64,000 bases of DNA from Adineta vaga. Its lineage: Eukaryota; Animalia; Rotifera. The position numbers were made by a program, and so were the translations under genes. The notes beneath the pieces are model-generated. The model was not told the origin of the DNA. It worked only from the letters and a program-made list of their open reading frames with translations, and did not search any database. The stretch spans positions 1,426,001-1,490,000 of the forward strand of contig CP075492.1 in assembly GCA_021613535.1 (NCBI GenBank). Reading direction: 5' to 3'. Shown in pieces: positions 40,866-52,964 of the stretch (position 1 is the first letter of the stretch; every line of letters starts with the position of its first letter).

Positions 40866-42501
40866 ATGAATAGAATACAAGGTGTTCAAGTAAATTTTTT
40901 ATGAAGACAACAACTAACTTTGAGTGTTTTTTCATCATTTTAGTTCCAATCAAATGAATTAAATCGATTCGAAACATCGACTTCTCACTTAAGAATATTG
41001 TATGAATTGATATGATTTCATACTTTATCTTTTCTTTTTCTTTCTAGATGTGAATATGTTCGAAGAAAATTGATAAAGATTTTATTAATCACAATTATTT
41101 CTATATTAATCTTAGTTATAAGTGTCATTCTAACGATTATTGTAGCAAAAAAACAATCAGATATACTTATAACACCAACAAGGATAACTACAAGTACAAC
41201 AATAACAACAGCGACGATAACAAAAGGTAAAGTTCTGTGGAATAAATAAATGTGAAAAAATATGATTATAGTTTATCTTTTCATAGTTAAATGAGTAAGG
41301 AAATAGGGAGTAATCTGTATATCTCGGAGTTTTAATATACACATATCAGCCAGTTGATATCTATCTGTCTTCTGTGATAAATAAAAGATCAAGCAGATTC
41401 TTAGTGATAATCATATCTTCACATCTAGTATATTCAAAGAAATCGGCATAGTTCAAAGATTCATAGTTTGTACTTACATGTCTCTATATTCACTTAGGAA
41501 TAATACAGACGGGAGAAATGCACATACCACGAAGCTATCACACGGCAACATTGCTCACAAATAGCCAAGTATTAGTTACAGGTGGAAAATCCTCTGTTTT
41601 GACTTTGTCTCAATGTGAATTATATGATCCATTAACAGATCAATGGACACTCGATGCTAACATGTCTTTTGAAAGAGAATATCATACTGCATCTATGTTA
41701 AATAATGGTTTAGTTTTAATCGTTGGTGGACACATTCCTTGGAATATATACTACGCTAGTGCTGAATTATACAATACATTTACGAACAAATGGATAACAA
41801 CAGGAAATATGGAATATTCACGAGCTCATCACACAGCTACTCTATTGCATGATGGAAAAGTATTAGTGATCGGTGGAAGAAATAGTTATGATAATTGGCT
41901 ACGAGCTGCTGAGTTATATAATCCAATAACAGGTACTTGGAGTTTGGTAGAAGAGATGCATTTTGGACGTTCATTTCATACAGCATCTCTATTATCAGAT
42001 GGAAAGGTGTTAGTGACTGGTGGAAATTGTCTTGGATGCAAAGGTTTTACTTTTAACAGTAGTGAATTATATAATCCATTAACAGATAAATGGTCAATAG
42101 CAAGTGACATGAAGAATGCACGCACGTATCATACGGCAACTGTATTAATGAATGGAAGAGTCTTAGTTATTGGTGGTTCAAATGACCTGGTAAATGAATT
42201 AGACACTGCTGAATTGTATGATCCATTAACAAATTAATGGACATTCACTGGTAAGATGAATATTCCACGAATACATCATACTGCATCTCTATTACTAAAT
42301 AGAACAGTCTTGATTACTGCTGGATGGGGTCGATTTTCTTCATATACCACTGAATTATATGATCCATTAACTGGTATTTGGCCAATTACTCGCACGATGA
42401 AATTAGCACATTTTCATCATACAGCATCGATGTTAATGAATGGAAGTGTGTTAGTTATTGGTGGAAACATTTGGGCATCTGACACTATAGAATTCTATTA
42501 A
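40866..42501 (+). pseudogene. Type II membrane Kelch-repeat gene (7 repeats) with one in-frame TAA at 42235-42237; exons 40866-40889, 40944-40999, 41048-41226, 41498-42501
   Basis: MNRIQGVQ|FQSNE..HLRIL|CEYVRRK-TM-Thr-rich stalk|Kelch repeats (RxxHTA.LL.G.VLV.GG..ELYDP..W). The frame continues unchanged after DPLTN*W. Confidence 0.85.
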
Positions 42502-43476
42502 TTATTGATAACATCGAAATATCATAATCGATAAGCAATGAATATCAAATTGTTTGTTTTTCTACTTAAATCGATGTAATTATTATCTATGAATAAATAT
42601 TTTTTTTATAGAGAATAAAATTCTACATTTATTTCATCAGTATCTGGATGATAAAGTTGATTGAATAACAATCGATAAGAAAAGTTAATAAAAAGTAATT
42701 CTGAATATTTCATGAAAATATTTTGATTATTACTTTAAAAGGATATCATAAATTGTTCTTATACAACCGAGTCTAGTGTAATGATGATCAATATTTCAAG
42801 ATACTTTTCTAATCATTTAATTCGAAGAAGATACATATGTATCATATCGATCAGTATTATTTCACATTAATCTTAATCGAAAGTCTAATTATATGAGATA
42901 GTAAAAAACCAGATAGTTGTTCTATTTTTTAATAATCCATCAATATAAGTTCAATTAAGGTTGTTATTATATTAATAAAATTATATTTCGTTTCATAACT
43001 ATAAATACATTCAATTGGTTGACATTGATTAGAATGTGAATGGAGATATAACTGATGTCTCTTATTCTTTCACACCTTCATCCCTGAATATGAGAAATTC
43101 ATATGGTTTCAAGAATATGAAAGAAATCTCGAATTCCTGTAAACTCTAGAATGGAAGTGAACAAATGTATACAGATGCATTTTCTTAACGAACATTTACC
43201 TTCATTCTCACACAGGAAAATATTCAATCAATACCGCGCTTTTTTAAAAACCATGGTCCTTAACGATTTTTCGAAAAAAAAACTAATTCACCACGATGAT
43301 ATATTATTTCTGCCACTTATCTGATAATTCTCGACTTTCTTAGTTCTCCACTAGTCTATCATCTCAACACGTTGATTTCATACCGCGTAGTTAACTTTTA
43401 TAGGATCACTATCTATTTATATTTATATACTTCTTGTTATAGATTTGAAGTACTGAACATGTCATTGATGTTTATC

Positions 43477-43525
43477 ATCTTGAGAATAGGTGTTATAATC
43501 TCATCCACATCCACACCGTCAAGAT
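43477..43525. repeat. Short copy of the inverted-repeat element
   Basis: ATCTTGAGAATAGGTG..CCACATCCACACCGTCAAGAT. Confidence 0.55.
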
Positions 43526-44337
43526 TCATTGCCGCTGGTATCTGTGTTGATTGTTGAAGACGACTAATATATATATAAGTATATTAATTATATAAAATAT
43601 CAATTTACATAGGGTATAATTCAAAGAAATATTCGTAATCCTATATGAATCATTCAAAAGAATATAAATGATTTGTATCATAAGACTAAGAAGTGTTATT
43701 TGATTTCTAACACATGTGAAGATAAGAAGATACACAATAAATGTACGAATTATATTTTTTTCGATGTAAAAGAGTTAAGATTGAACATGCGTTACTTAAT
43801 AATTCAATAGAAAATCATAAGGATTTTCATGTTTATAAATACAGAAATCATGATTCAAACTTTAAAATTAAACAATTACATTTCACAAATTTCCTTACAA
43901 AATTAACACTAATCATATTGAAAATCATATTTATAGCATGATACTGAATGATACTTTAAATTACATAAATACAGATATGTTCGTTCATTATAAAAACATA
44001 AAATATTCGAATTTCAACATGCTTGATGATATCGTTTCATCAATTGTATTAAATTCACGAATTGTCGAGCATGACGACATCGATTTATTTCATTCAAAGT
44101 TACAATTGGTGAGGATGTGGGTGAAGAGGAGGGTAGAAATATGATAACCACACCCTTTGGCATACTCTGTATTAAATACAAAGAAAAGAATGAAAAAAAA
44201 GTGAATGTACTATAAGTCAGTTGAGACACAGAAAGTATGCATGGGATGTGTATGGATCAGATATGGATAAACAATATGATAATAGAAAGGAAAGAGAAAA
44301 GAAACAAACAACAACGAAAGATTAAAATAAATGATGT

Positions 44338-44882
44338 TTAAATGGGAACGATTCGCCATCGTTGAGCTGGTGTATGATTTGGTGACCAAATTTGCACATT
44401 TGTTCCGTCAGCTGATCCACTTCCACTGACATCGAGTGCTTTACCAGATTCGACATTAATCAGTTCATATAAATCATCTCCAACGGATTTCAGAAACCAT
44501 CGTTGTGCAACTGAGCGATTGTTTGTATAGATTTGAACATTAGTACCATCAGCATGTCCGTTTCCACTCACATCTAATGCCTTATCACTATGTGGATTAA
44601 ATAGTTGAATTGAACCATCGTCATATCTATAAATAATCCAAATTTGATTGGCACCTTTGTGATTTTTAAAAATTTCAACATTAGCATCATCATGTGTACC
44701 ACTGTCATGCACACCAAGAACTTTGTTCGATGCTGCATTAATGAATTGATATTTGTTACCAAAAATAATATTGGCTTTGTCTGCATAAAAGAAAGTACAT
44801 TTTAAATGTAGAGAATGTCAAGTTACTGCAAACTAGTTCAGTAGTCAGAATAAATAACTGTCTAATTAAAATGATTACCCAT
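44338..44882 (-). CDS. Ricin-B (QxW)3 beta-trefoil lectin without signal peptide; exons 44882-44879, 44780-44338
   Basis: Three repeats of KALDVSG..ADGTNVQI..AQRW type (NQIW, AQRW, AQRW). Micro-exon ATGG|gtaatc gives MDKANIIFGNKYQF. Confidence 0.88.
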
Positions 44883-45084
44883 TCATAATGAAAAAGAATT
44901 CTACCTATATAATTATTTATATTTTTTGAAATGTTGAAAAAAATTTAATCTATACGTTACATCGGCATGCCTTTAAACATACGAATAAACGATTCCTTAA
45001 GATGTCTGTCGCAAAAATGATTAAACTCCACTGTTGTCGAAATGTATTTTTATCGTATAGCTTATGGAAAACCGAACCGTAAAA

Positions 45085-45801
45085 CTAACACTGTTTATAC
45101 TCAATTTTCTCTCTTTCACCAGGAGCTGGAAATGTATCCAGATGTTCTCCAAACCATACATTTGCAATTCCTTTATAAACACCAACACCCATGACTTTCA
45201 TGGGCCCCCAACCACCTCTTTGTATCATCAAATTATTATGTCCAGGACTATTTTTCCATCCATGAACAGCTCTATATGGATCTATTGCCATTGTTTTTCT
45301 AGCATCATGTCCATATCCATGTGAATTTTCATAGCCATCATATTTATAATTACTTATTTCTGATGGTTTACTCCACATTAAGTGTCCTTGTGCATGATCA
45401 GTTGTATATCGAACTGGTTTCCAATTTCCTTTATTACTCCAACTATGCATATTACCACCATTGACATCCGGATTATTTTCAACAAGATCAATTGCATGTG
45501 TACGAGCAACAAAAGCAAGATTAGCAGATGGTTGAAGCGGAGATAAACCATGATTTTCACGATGTTTATTAATAAGTGTAAATATTTTCTGTTCTACTTC
45601 ATTCATACCATAAAATGATGATCTTCGAGTTCGATGAACTGATAATGAAAACAAAAGAAAGCAATGATGGATATAAGACTTATAAAATTTACCTTTTTCA
45701 TTATTATTTTTCATATCATGTTGATATTCAATAGACTTTCCAATTGTTATTGATAAATAGGAGAAAAGATAAAGAGTCAATAAAGTTATCAAATAGTGCA
45801 T
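45085..45801 (-). CDS. Secreted CAP/SCP-domain protein, bacterial-type; probable in-frame intron 45692-45639
   Basis: Signal peptide, RTRR site, LINKHRENHGLSPL, ARTHAIDL, GYEN, GWKNSPGHN, MGVGV. The exact 3' end is uncertain. Confidence 0.85.
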   Translation of the reverse strand: MHYLITLLTLYLFSYLSITIGKSIEYQHDMKNNNEKGKFYKSYIHHCFLLFSLSVHRTRRSSFYGMNEVEQKIFTLINKHRENHGLSPLQPSANLAFVARTHAIDLVENNPDVNGGNMHSWSNKGNWKPVRYTTDHAQGHLMWSKPSEISNYKYDGYENSHGYGHDARKTMAIDPYRAVHGWKNSPGHNNLMIQRGGWGPMKVMGVGVYKGIANVWFGEHLDTFPAPGEREKIEYKQC

Positions 45802-46666
45802 GTTGTAATATTTTCAATGTTGATCTTGACGAAATAATCGATCTTCTAAACCTTATGTTTTTTGTGAGATACAGTTAGAAAGATGTTTCGAACTTATATA
45901 ATGATAAGTTCGAGCCCATTCTTTTCCCACTCCCATAGAATGGCATATAAATATCATTTTGAATGAATGCGATGCTTATCAAAATATGTTCGTTCTATGC
46001 ATCATAACATGGGAAGTTCTCATCTCATGCAAAATACCCTGGTACATGTCAATGTCATTCATAGATTACAAATCTAAATTGAAACATATCTACGCGTACA
46101 TTGGTTTCGGAATATAGTTTATATGCATTTGACATCTTTTTAGACAAGTTTCAGTTAGAAAACTACGATTTCACTCAAAATTAAATCATATTTAAAAACT
46201 GAATCGATTTATATATATTCTAAATAATTTTGAGAAAAAAATCCCTATACTCTCTCAGCGATCGTCTGGTGAAGAATCAGAATTTTTTCGATAACTCATC
46301 TATTCCTTAACGGATCAATCTCATTTTCGAAATCGGCCGAGATGTTAATGAAACTAAAATGTGTAGAAAATTTCACTACAATTTGACTCTTCTTTCAAAA
46401 TTTATCATGTAAACGGAACGTCGGACGGACATACTAAAAAAATAATTTCTCTTTTCTCTTCATTATTAAAACCTTATTATAAATATACATCAATTCATTA
46501 CAACTTCACATCATCAAGATAGATATTTACATTTGATCAATAAAGAATTAGTATGAAATGATTATAGAATACAACATATCCTTTTCTTCAAAGTAATTTT
46601 TTCACTCAAGATATTGAAATAATATAAACTATTATGTAAAACTTTGTTTATTAAAAGAAGATAGAT

Positions 46667-47644
46667 TCAATTACATAAAATTATATTCTTAATACTTTTA
46701 CGAAATGTTTTTGACACAAGAATATTGGTATAACATACAATACACATAGAAATATAATTAATAAAAGTAGCGACAATTTTAAGAAAAGTATCAAGTTGTA
46801 TTTGAACTGAATTCTTTACATTATATTGAGTAATTTGTTGATACATGAGAATAGCTGATAACATAAAACTAAAAATCATATAAATACTAATATCAATAAA
46901 CATCATTAAAGCGAATTGACGATCTTTTGCACGACTCAATTGTTTCTGACCTCTTTGAATTGCACCCGTATTTGTTACAATAGAAGCAGGTATTATACGA
47001 TGATGTGCTCTTCGAATATTATTTAAAGCTAAACATCCGAAAATTATTAACAATGAAGGTATTAAAAATACTTTAACAATAAGTGAATAATACGAATGAA
47101 CAATTAAATGATTTCCAGATGGTAATGAACAAACAAATGTATTTGGTGCAATTTGATTAATATTTGCTGAATATAATATATGACTATGAAATAATATCCA
47201 CAATATTGTTATAATAAGAATAGATATATATGCAAAACGACGAGTACTTCGTTGTCTTGTATGAGAATTTGCTGAAGTAACTAACATTCGATCAAAAGAA
47301 GCCAATACTAAATAAGATGCACTTAGAATATCTAATAAAATAGCCATATATAAATTATAACGACAAAAACTTAAATAGGATGTACCAGGAGCGATATTAT
47401 ATCCAATTGAGAATGATACAGTAGATATTGATAAACATATTAATGTAAGATTAGTAAAATTATAAGCAATAAAATAAATTGAACATGGATTTTTTCGTAA
47501 ATCCTTTTTTGTAAATACAATTAAACTAAGTATACAACTTATAATACCTACAAACATAAGTATTGGACCACCATATGCATATAAATATTTTGATATTTGT
47601 TTTAATAATAAAATATAATCTGTTGATGAAGATTGTGAAGACAT
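46667..47644 (-). CDS. Orphan rhodopsin-like GPCR
   Basis: LRKNPCSIYF, FCRY, ASFDRM, SKTFRK; seven TM segments. Start taken at MSSQSSS. Confidence 0.88.
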   Translation of the reverse strand: MSSQSSSTDYILLLKQISKYLYAYGGPILMFVGIISCILSLIVFTKKDLRKNPCSIYFIAYNFTNLTLICLSISTVSFSIGYNIAPGTSYLSFCRYNLYMAILLDILSASYLVLASFDRMLVTSANSHTRQRSTRRFAYISILIITILWILFHSHILYSANINQIAPNTFVCSLPSGNHLIVHSYYSLIVKVFLIPSLLIIFGCLALNNIRRAHHRIIPASIVTNTGAIQRGQKQLSRAKDRQFALMMFIDISIYMIFSFMLSAILMYQQITQYNVKNSVQIQLDTFLKIVATFINYISMCIVCYTNILVSKTFRKSIKNIILCN

Positions 47645-48145
47645 ATCTATTAATCTCAATAATATTAGTTTCTTAACTAACCTCACTTTTACACTTAACT
47701 GTCGGATTTTTTTGTGTAAATGTATATTTTATAGAATGAAGGAATAATATCAGAATGACATTACAATGTATTTTAATAATTTAAAAGTTCGAGAAAAAAA
47801 AATTCTATTTTATGTAATTAAAAGATATCAAAAACATTTCTCTTGAGTATATCTATTCAAGATGACATTCGTTATTTGCTATTTTTTTCTTCTTTTCTGT
47901 TCGAGACTTGAGATTAATAATATTTCTTAGAAAGAAAATCTCATTTCATTATATTACATTTTCGTTTATTAGCCTAGAAACTATTTTATGAACTTTTAAA
48001 TGCCTTAGCTGTTCGACGTAGTTATGAATTTTCTATTTAATAAGAGTATTAAACCATAATTATATGATTCTTTCCAAATTAATTTTTATCCTGTTTATTT
48101 TTCATTATGATTTTGTTGAATTCTGGTTTCTATTGTAAAAGAATC

Positions 48146-48250
48146 ATGCTTATGGCTTGGTTAGCGATCGAACGATACATTTTAATCTTTCATGATCAAT
48201 AGATTTCTACTTGATGAGAACGTTTTCTTTTTCATTATTTTTCAATTACT
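48146..48250 (+). pseudogene. GPCR TM3/ICL2 remnant
   Basis: MLMAWLAIERYILIFHDQ*IST**ERFLFHYF: ERY motif with three stops, ending where a repeat element begins. Confidence 0.6.
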
Positions 48251-48253
48251 CAT

Positions 48254-48468
48254 ACTTGAGGGTCTAAACGTTATCTTAAACACACTCATTTTTTTTCATA
48301 TCACTTATCGGTCGATTGGGTTTGCCATTCGACTTCGGTATTCAACAAGAATACTCTGTTTCTTTTTCCATGTCCATCTCTATGTCAATATCCGGATTTA
48401 CATAAAAGAATCAATAAGGAGAAACTATTCGTTATGTATACTTATTTTACATACACTCACCCTCAATT
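48254..48468. repeat. Longer copy of the inverted-repeat element
   Basis: Left ACTTGAGGGT, right CACTCACCCTCAATT. Confidence 0.45.
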
Positions 48469-48817
48469 AAAATAAATCAATATTATCAATTTTTAGATTA
48501 AAAAAAAGATTTCAAAACTTTATGTTTATTAAGCTTCTGCTTCAAGCAATGCACCTTGAATCCATTGTTATACAACCTTTACTCACATGACCAATCAAAC
48601 AGCATCATAGAATGAGAGAAAAAAATGTGTGCGATGACATCAACTTTCGAATGTTACACTTCTGCTAGATGAAGATATTTATTATAATACAATAAAAAAG
48701 AATGATTCAGTGATATCACAGATGTCTATAAAGAAACTGGTTAAAGCTGTGCAATATTTTTACTTGTAGTACATGTATCCGTGGTTATCTTGTTTGCGTT
48801 GAAAAAAAGTGGCACAG

Positions 48818-50272
48818 CTATGCTGAAATAGGAGATGGTGTAGCTGAATGTCCTAGTCGCTTCCTCAAATGTTCCACGTCACCACCATGCTTGCAGATGG
48901 CAACACGCATCATGGCGAGTGTATTATGTGCCGCAGTACTATGATCATGTACACCGCCGTAGAATGAGACTGTAGCATCTTTGCCCACTTGACTCTTAAG
49001 TAGTGCCATGCCACCCGGATGTAAATCGATAAATCTGCTGACATCATGAATGAAACCAGCGATCAAAACAAGTACACGATCAGTATCATTCTTCGCCAAT
49101 TCTTCGTACTCTTCGAAGGTAATTATAGGCAACATCGTACTATCCTTAGGCCATACAATCGTTTGTCCAAATCTGTTCAGTGCCTTTTGAAACATACCAT
49201 AGCGACCTTTTTGAATCTCGTTCTCGGAGAATTTCTTCAGGTTACTAGCCAAACCAAGCATCTTGAAGATATTAATTGCCCATTTAGTCGGATCGTACTG
49301 ATACCAGCGCGTTGCATTACGATAGTCAGATGGAAATTCATGATGAAAATTGTGATAACCTTCTCCAAGTGTGACAAGAGCAGTAATAAAATGATCTCGA
49401 GGCGTATGTCGATCGTCGAAAGGTGTATCGCCTAAATAGTGAGCCAATGAGTTGACGCAGAATGTGGCATGATGAACGATTAAAAGACGAAAAACACTGG
49501 CGAAGAAATATCCGCCACGATAGTCACCCCAGCCAAGTCCACATACAAGCGTAGGCAAAACGAAACCCATAGTTATATTCAAGACAAGAAGATGTTTATG
49601 TTGCCATCGGACACTTGGATCACGATCCAGATCACTCGTATCAACAGTACCGATGGTTCGACGTGGCTTGAAGAATAACCAGCCAATATGAGAATGAAAA
49701 AGACCTTTATGTGCATTGTATGGATCGAGATCAGTGTCTGTGTATCGATGATGAGCTCGATGACCACGTGTCCACCAATGAACTGATCCTTGAACGGCAC
49801 CAGCAGCCAATGTAACTAAGACATAACGTAGAGCCAGACACGCTTCGTACGATCGGTGAGCAAATAAACGATGATAACCAGCAGTAATACCAAGACCAGT
49901 CAGTACGCCCCAAATAAAGGTAAAAATAGCCGTTTGCCACACGAACGCCGTGCTATAAATACCATAGAGAGCAATGAAAGGCTCACTTCCTAGTACGATC
50001 AACTTGGGCCAATCAACTACCTCGTACCAATTCGCCCAAGTTATCGGTGGTAGTTCTGGTTCATTCGATATTGTTCTCGCCACATAATTATTCTTTATAA
50101 AATCTTGTTCCTCTTCACTCGCAGTCATTTTTGGTTGTTGTGATGGTAAGGGTGAAGATTGTGTACCAATCCGTTTTGGTAAATCTAATGGTTTTGGTAT
50201 GTAAGGTATATCGTTCGATACACCACTACTATTCTCCGTAACATATATCATATTCTCGAAGAATGTTGACAT
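48818..50272 (-). CDS. OLE1: Delta-9 acyl-CoA desaturase with C-terminal cytochrome b5 domain (fungal Ole1 architecture)
   Basis: His boxes HRLFAH, HRAHH and HNFHH; GEGYHNFHHEFPSDYRN; YQYDPTKW; b5 heme motif HPGG..GKDAT..HDHS. Confidence 0.95.
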   Translation of the reverse strand: MSTFFENMIYVTENSSGVSNDIPYIPKPLDLPKRIGTQSSPLPSQQPKMTASEEEQDFIKNNYVARTISNEPELPPITWANWYEVVDWPKLIVLGSEPFIALYGIYSTAFVWQTAIFTFIWGVLTGLGITAGYHRLFAHRSYEACLALRYVLVTLAAGAVQGSVHWWTRGHRAHHRYTDTDLDPYNAHKGLFHSHIGWLFFKPRRTIGTVDTSDLDRDPSVRWQHKHLLVLNITMGFVLPTLVCGLGWGDYRGGYFFASVFRLLIVHHATFCVNSLAHYLGDTPFDDRHTPRDHFITALVTLGEGYHNFHHEFPSDYRNATRWYQYDPTKWAINIFKMLGLASNLKKFSENEIQKGRYGMFQKALNRFGQTIVWPKDSTMLPIITFEEYEELAKNDTDRVLVLIAGFIHDVSRFIDLHPGGMALLKSQVGKDATVSFYGGVHDHSTAAHNTLAMMRVAICKHGGDVEHLRKRLGHSATPSPISA

Positions 50273-52008
50273 AGTAAAATTTTGTCTATTATCTAAAACA
50301 TATTGTTAGTAAACAAAAATATTACGCAATCATACTCAGTTACATGTGATTGTACCTAGACACTACACATACACAAGGATAAGATTACGGTTATCACAAA
50401 AACAACTCTCTGAATATTCAATTTTTCAGTTCACCTGAAAAAAGATGAAATTAATTATACTTATTTCAGAAAGGATTCGTTTTTTCATAATTTTGTATAG
50501 AAGTGAATACTAGTAATGATACGTATTTATATTCCAAAATGCACTGATGTGTACAGAAGACATTAAAAAAAAAATATATATATATATATCTTAGTTTATT
50601 TTATAACACGACATAGAAAATGACGAATATGTCTCTTGAATTTTATAATTACCTTTGAAAGACATTCTCTTCTAGTTATGCAATATAGTCATTAAAACAA
50701 TGTTGATGTGTAAATGCAATATATATATTTATGCACTCTTGGTGTATGACCGAGGTGAAAAGCACATATCTTTTGTTCTCACTGATCTCATAATCAAACT
50801 ATAGTCAAGAATTTGTGTTATCTGTGTCAATGTTGAAAAAAACAGTTGTGTTCTTGTTCACTCATAATTATCATCGATCGAACTGAACGTAGTCTTTACT
50901 TTTCTAGTGAGAAAATGTATAGAATTCATTTTAACATATGTTCTTACTTCGCTTTGATATGAATAATATTGCAATGATGATGTACACGACTACTGCTTCT
51001 TTCATATTTTTCTTCGTTTCATGCTTGACTGAATAGCGTGTGTATATACGTGGTAAAGAATAGTTCACCTTTGCTTTTCTTCTATTGACGTATCGATGAA
51101 TGATCATTGAAAGTTTCGCAATTGATATAGCAGTCAACAAAATTACTCATCGAGTTTTGTGAAACAAGTAAGTTTTCATTTGTATATCAACATTAAAAAA
51201 TATTATTTAAATATAATCAGTTGAGTATGAATAAAAATTTCTCGAAATCATTAACAATATGTATGATGAATATTACAACGCAAATTTTCGAAAATGTAGT
51301 ACCGTTTCAGTCTGGATTGAATCAAAAGATCAAAGAATATATTGGAATTAGTGTGAAACAAACAATCGATGTTCGTTGACTGTTATTCATCAAAAACGTT
51401 CTTACAAATAAGAAAAAAATTTTTACGATTGAACTTGAAGTTATACAAGGTTGGATTGGACTTTTATTAACATTTAACAAATTATTCATCAAGTTTCAAA
51501 CATCATTAACACCTTTTCTTCATTCCGTTGTCATTGATATTGGTTGTCTTCAATCAGCATTTTCATCTTTCGATATCTTGACAAACGTCTTGATATTCCA
51601 AATCATTCTGATAATCGACTCGATTTTTGGAAAAAACGTCGAACCAATATCAAATCTACGCAGTCTTTCTCATGGAGTAATTCTCATTATCGTGGGTGTG
51701 AGTACTACAGCTTTCGATCATCCACACCTACACATAAAAAGAATTAAAAAGAAAAAGAAAATCTAATCAATCCATCTATTTGTTTTATATAAATTTCAAG
51801 AACCTTTAAAGTGGTTCTTCAAAGAAAAAAAGTTTGAAAATTGTATTAAAGATCAAACAAAAGAGAAATCCATTTTGGTAATTATTATCTCAATAAGAAT
51901 CGGCATTTTGTACATCGAGGTAAATAATATTGAATGAGTTTAAGTACAAATAAGAAGAATAGTAGGTATTAAACTGAATCTATAATGTCAGTTACTTCCA
52001 GGAGAATT

Positions 52009-52964
52009 TTACTGTGGCATTATTGCATGTTTTTTTCGACAGCAGAGTATTTGATTTTTCACTTTTTGACGAAATCGTTTCGATGTTATTAAGAATATAT
52101 AACAACTTCCCTAGAAAAAGAAAATTAAATGATCATATAGAAACTCGATTCACATACAATGTAATATAAATATGTGCCCATACCAACAACTGCATTGCCC
52201 AAATATTCTCTCAATTGTTGATCTGAATCTTTTCTAATCCCAGCTGTAATTAAACTGTATGCATTCATAGCACCAAATGGCACCAGACTAAGAACAACAA
52301 ATAATGCATGAATGAAAGTCATTCTTATTAACTGACGATCGGCTTGTAGATGAGCAAGACCTAATGTTTGATGAATATTATGATAAGTTAACCATCCAAA
52401 TACAGTCATTATTCCTACTGGTATTCCACAGATAATGCCAAGTAAATAAATTGGCATATAGATAGCCAAACCAGCATTATCAGTACCACAAGTCTTACTA
52501 ATGGGTAAAATACGATACAAGATTAATATAGGAATACCATAGAGACACCAGAAAATGATGACAATGAATGATATTTGATCAGCCCATTTTATTTGACTAT
52601 AACTTCGAAGTAAATTACTTTTTGAAGTGACTCAAAATTGATCTATTACAGCCAAACATGAAAAAGTTAAAGAAATGAGACTAGGAATAGTAAGAAAAAA
52701 TTGTCGTATTTTACACCATACATCAGATGTTCCATATATATTTATTCCATAACCTACACTCAGCATACGGAGTGTGAGATTAAATAAAACATAAAACATA
52801 TTGTCAATTGAATCCATTAAAAAGTAAAATGTACAAGGATTTGTGCGATAAATACGATCTTTTGAAAATATTAAAATATTGATTCCATTACCAATAATAC
52901 ATGCAATAAGAAAACAAATACCAACATAAAGTGTAAATTGTTAAGTATCGTATAGCAATGTCAT
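52009..52964 (-). pseudogene. Rhodopsin-like GPCR pseudogene with two in-frame stops
   Basis: MTLLYDT*QFTLY..GNGINILIF..RTNPCTFYF..WCKIRQF..AVIDQF*VTS..; one intron near 52111-52158; ends SKRFRQKVK..MPQ*. Confidence 0.85.

Noticed and set aside
51440-51766. Hydrophobic coding-like fragments
   Set aside because: Too broken to assign.
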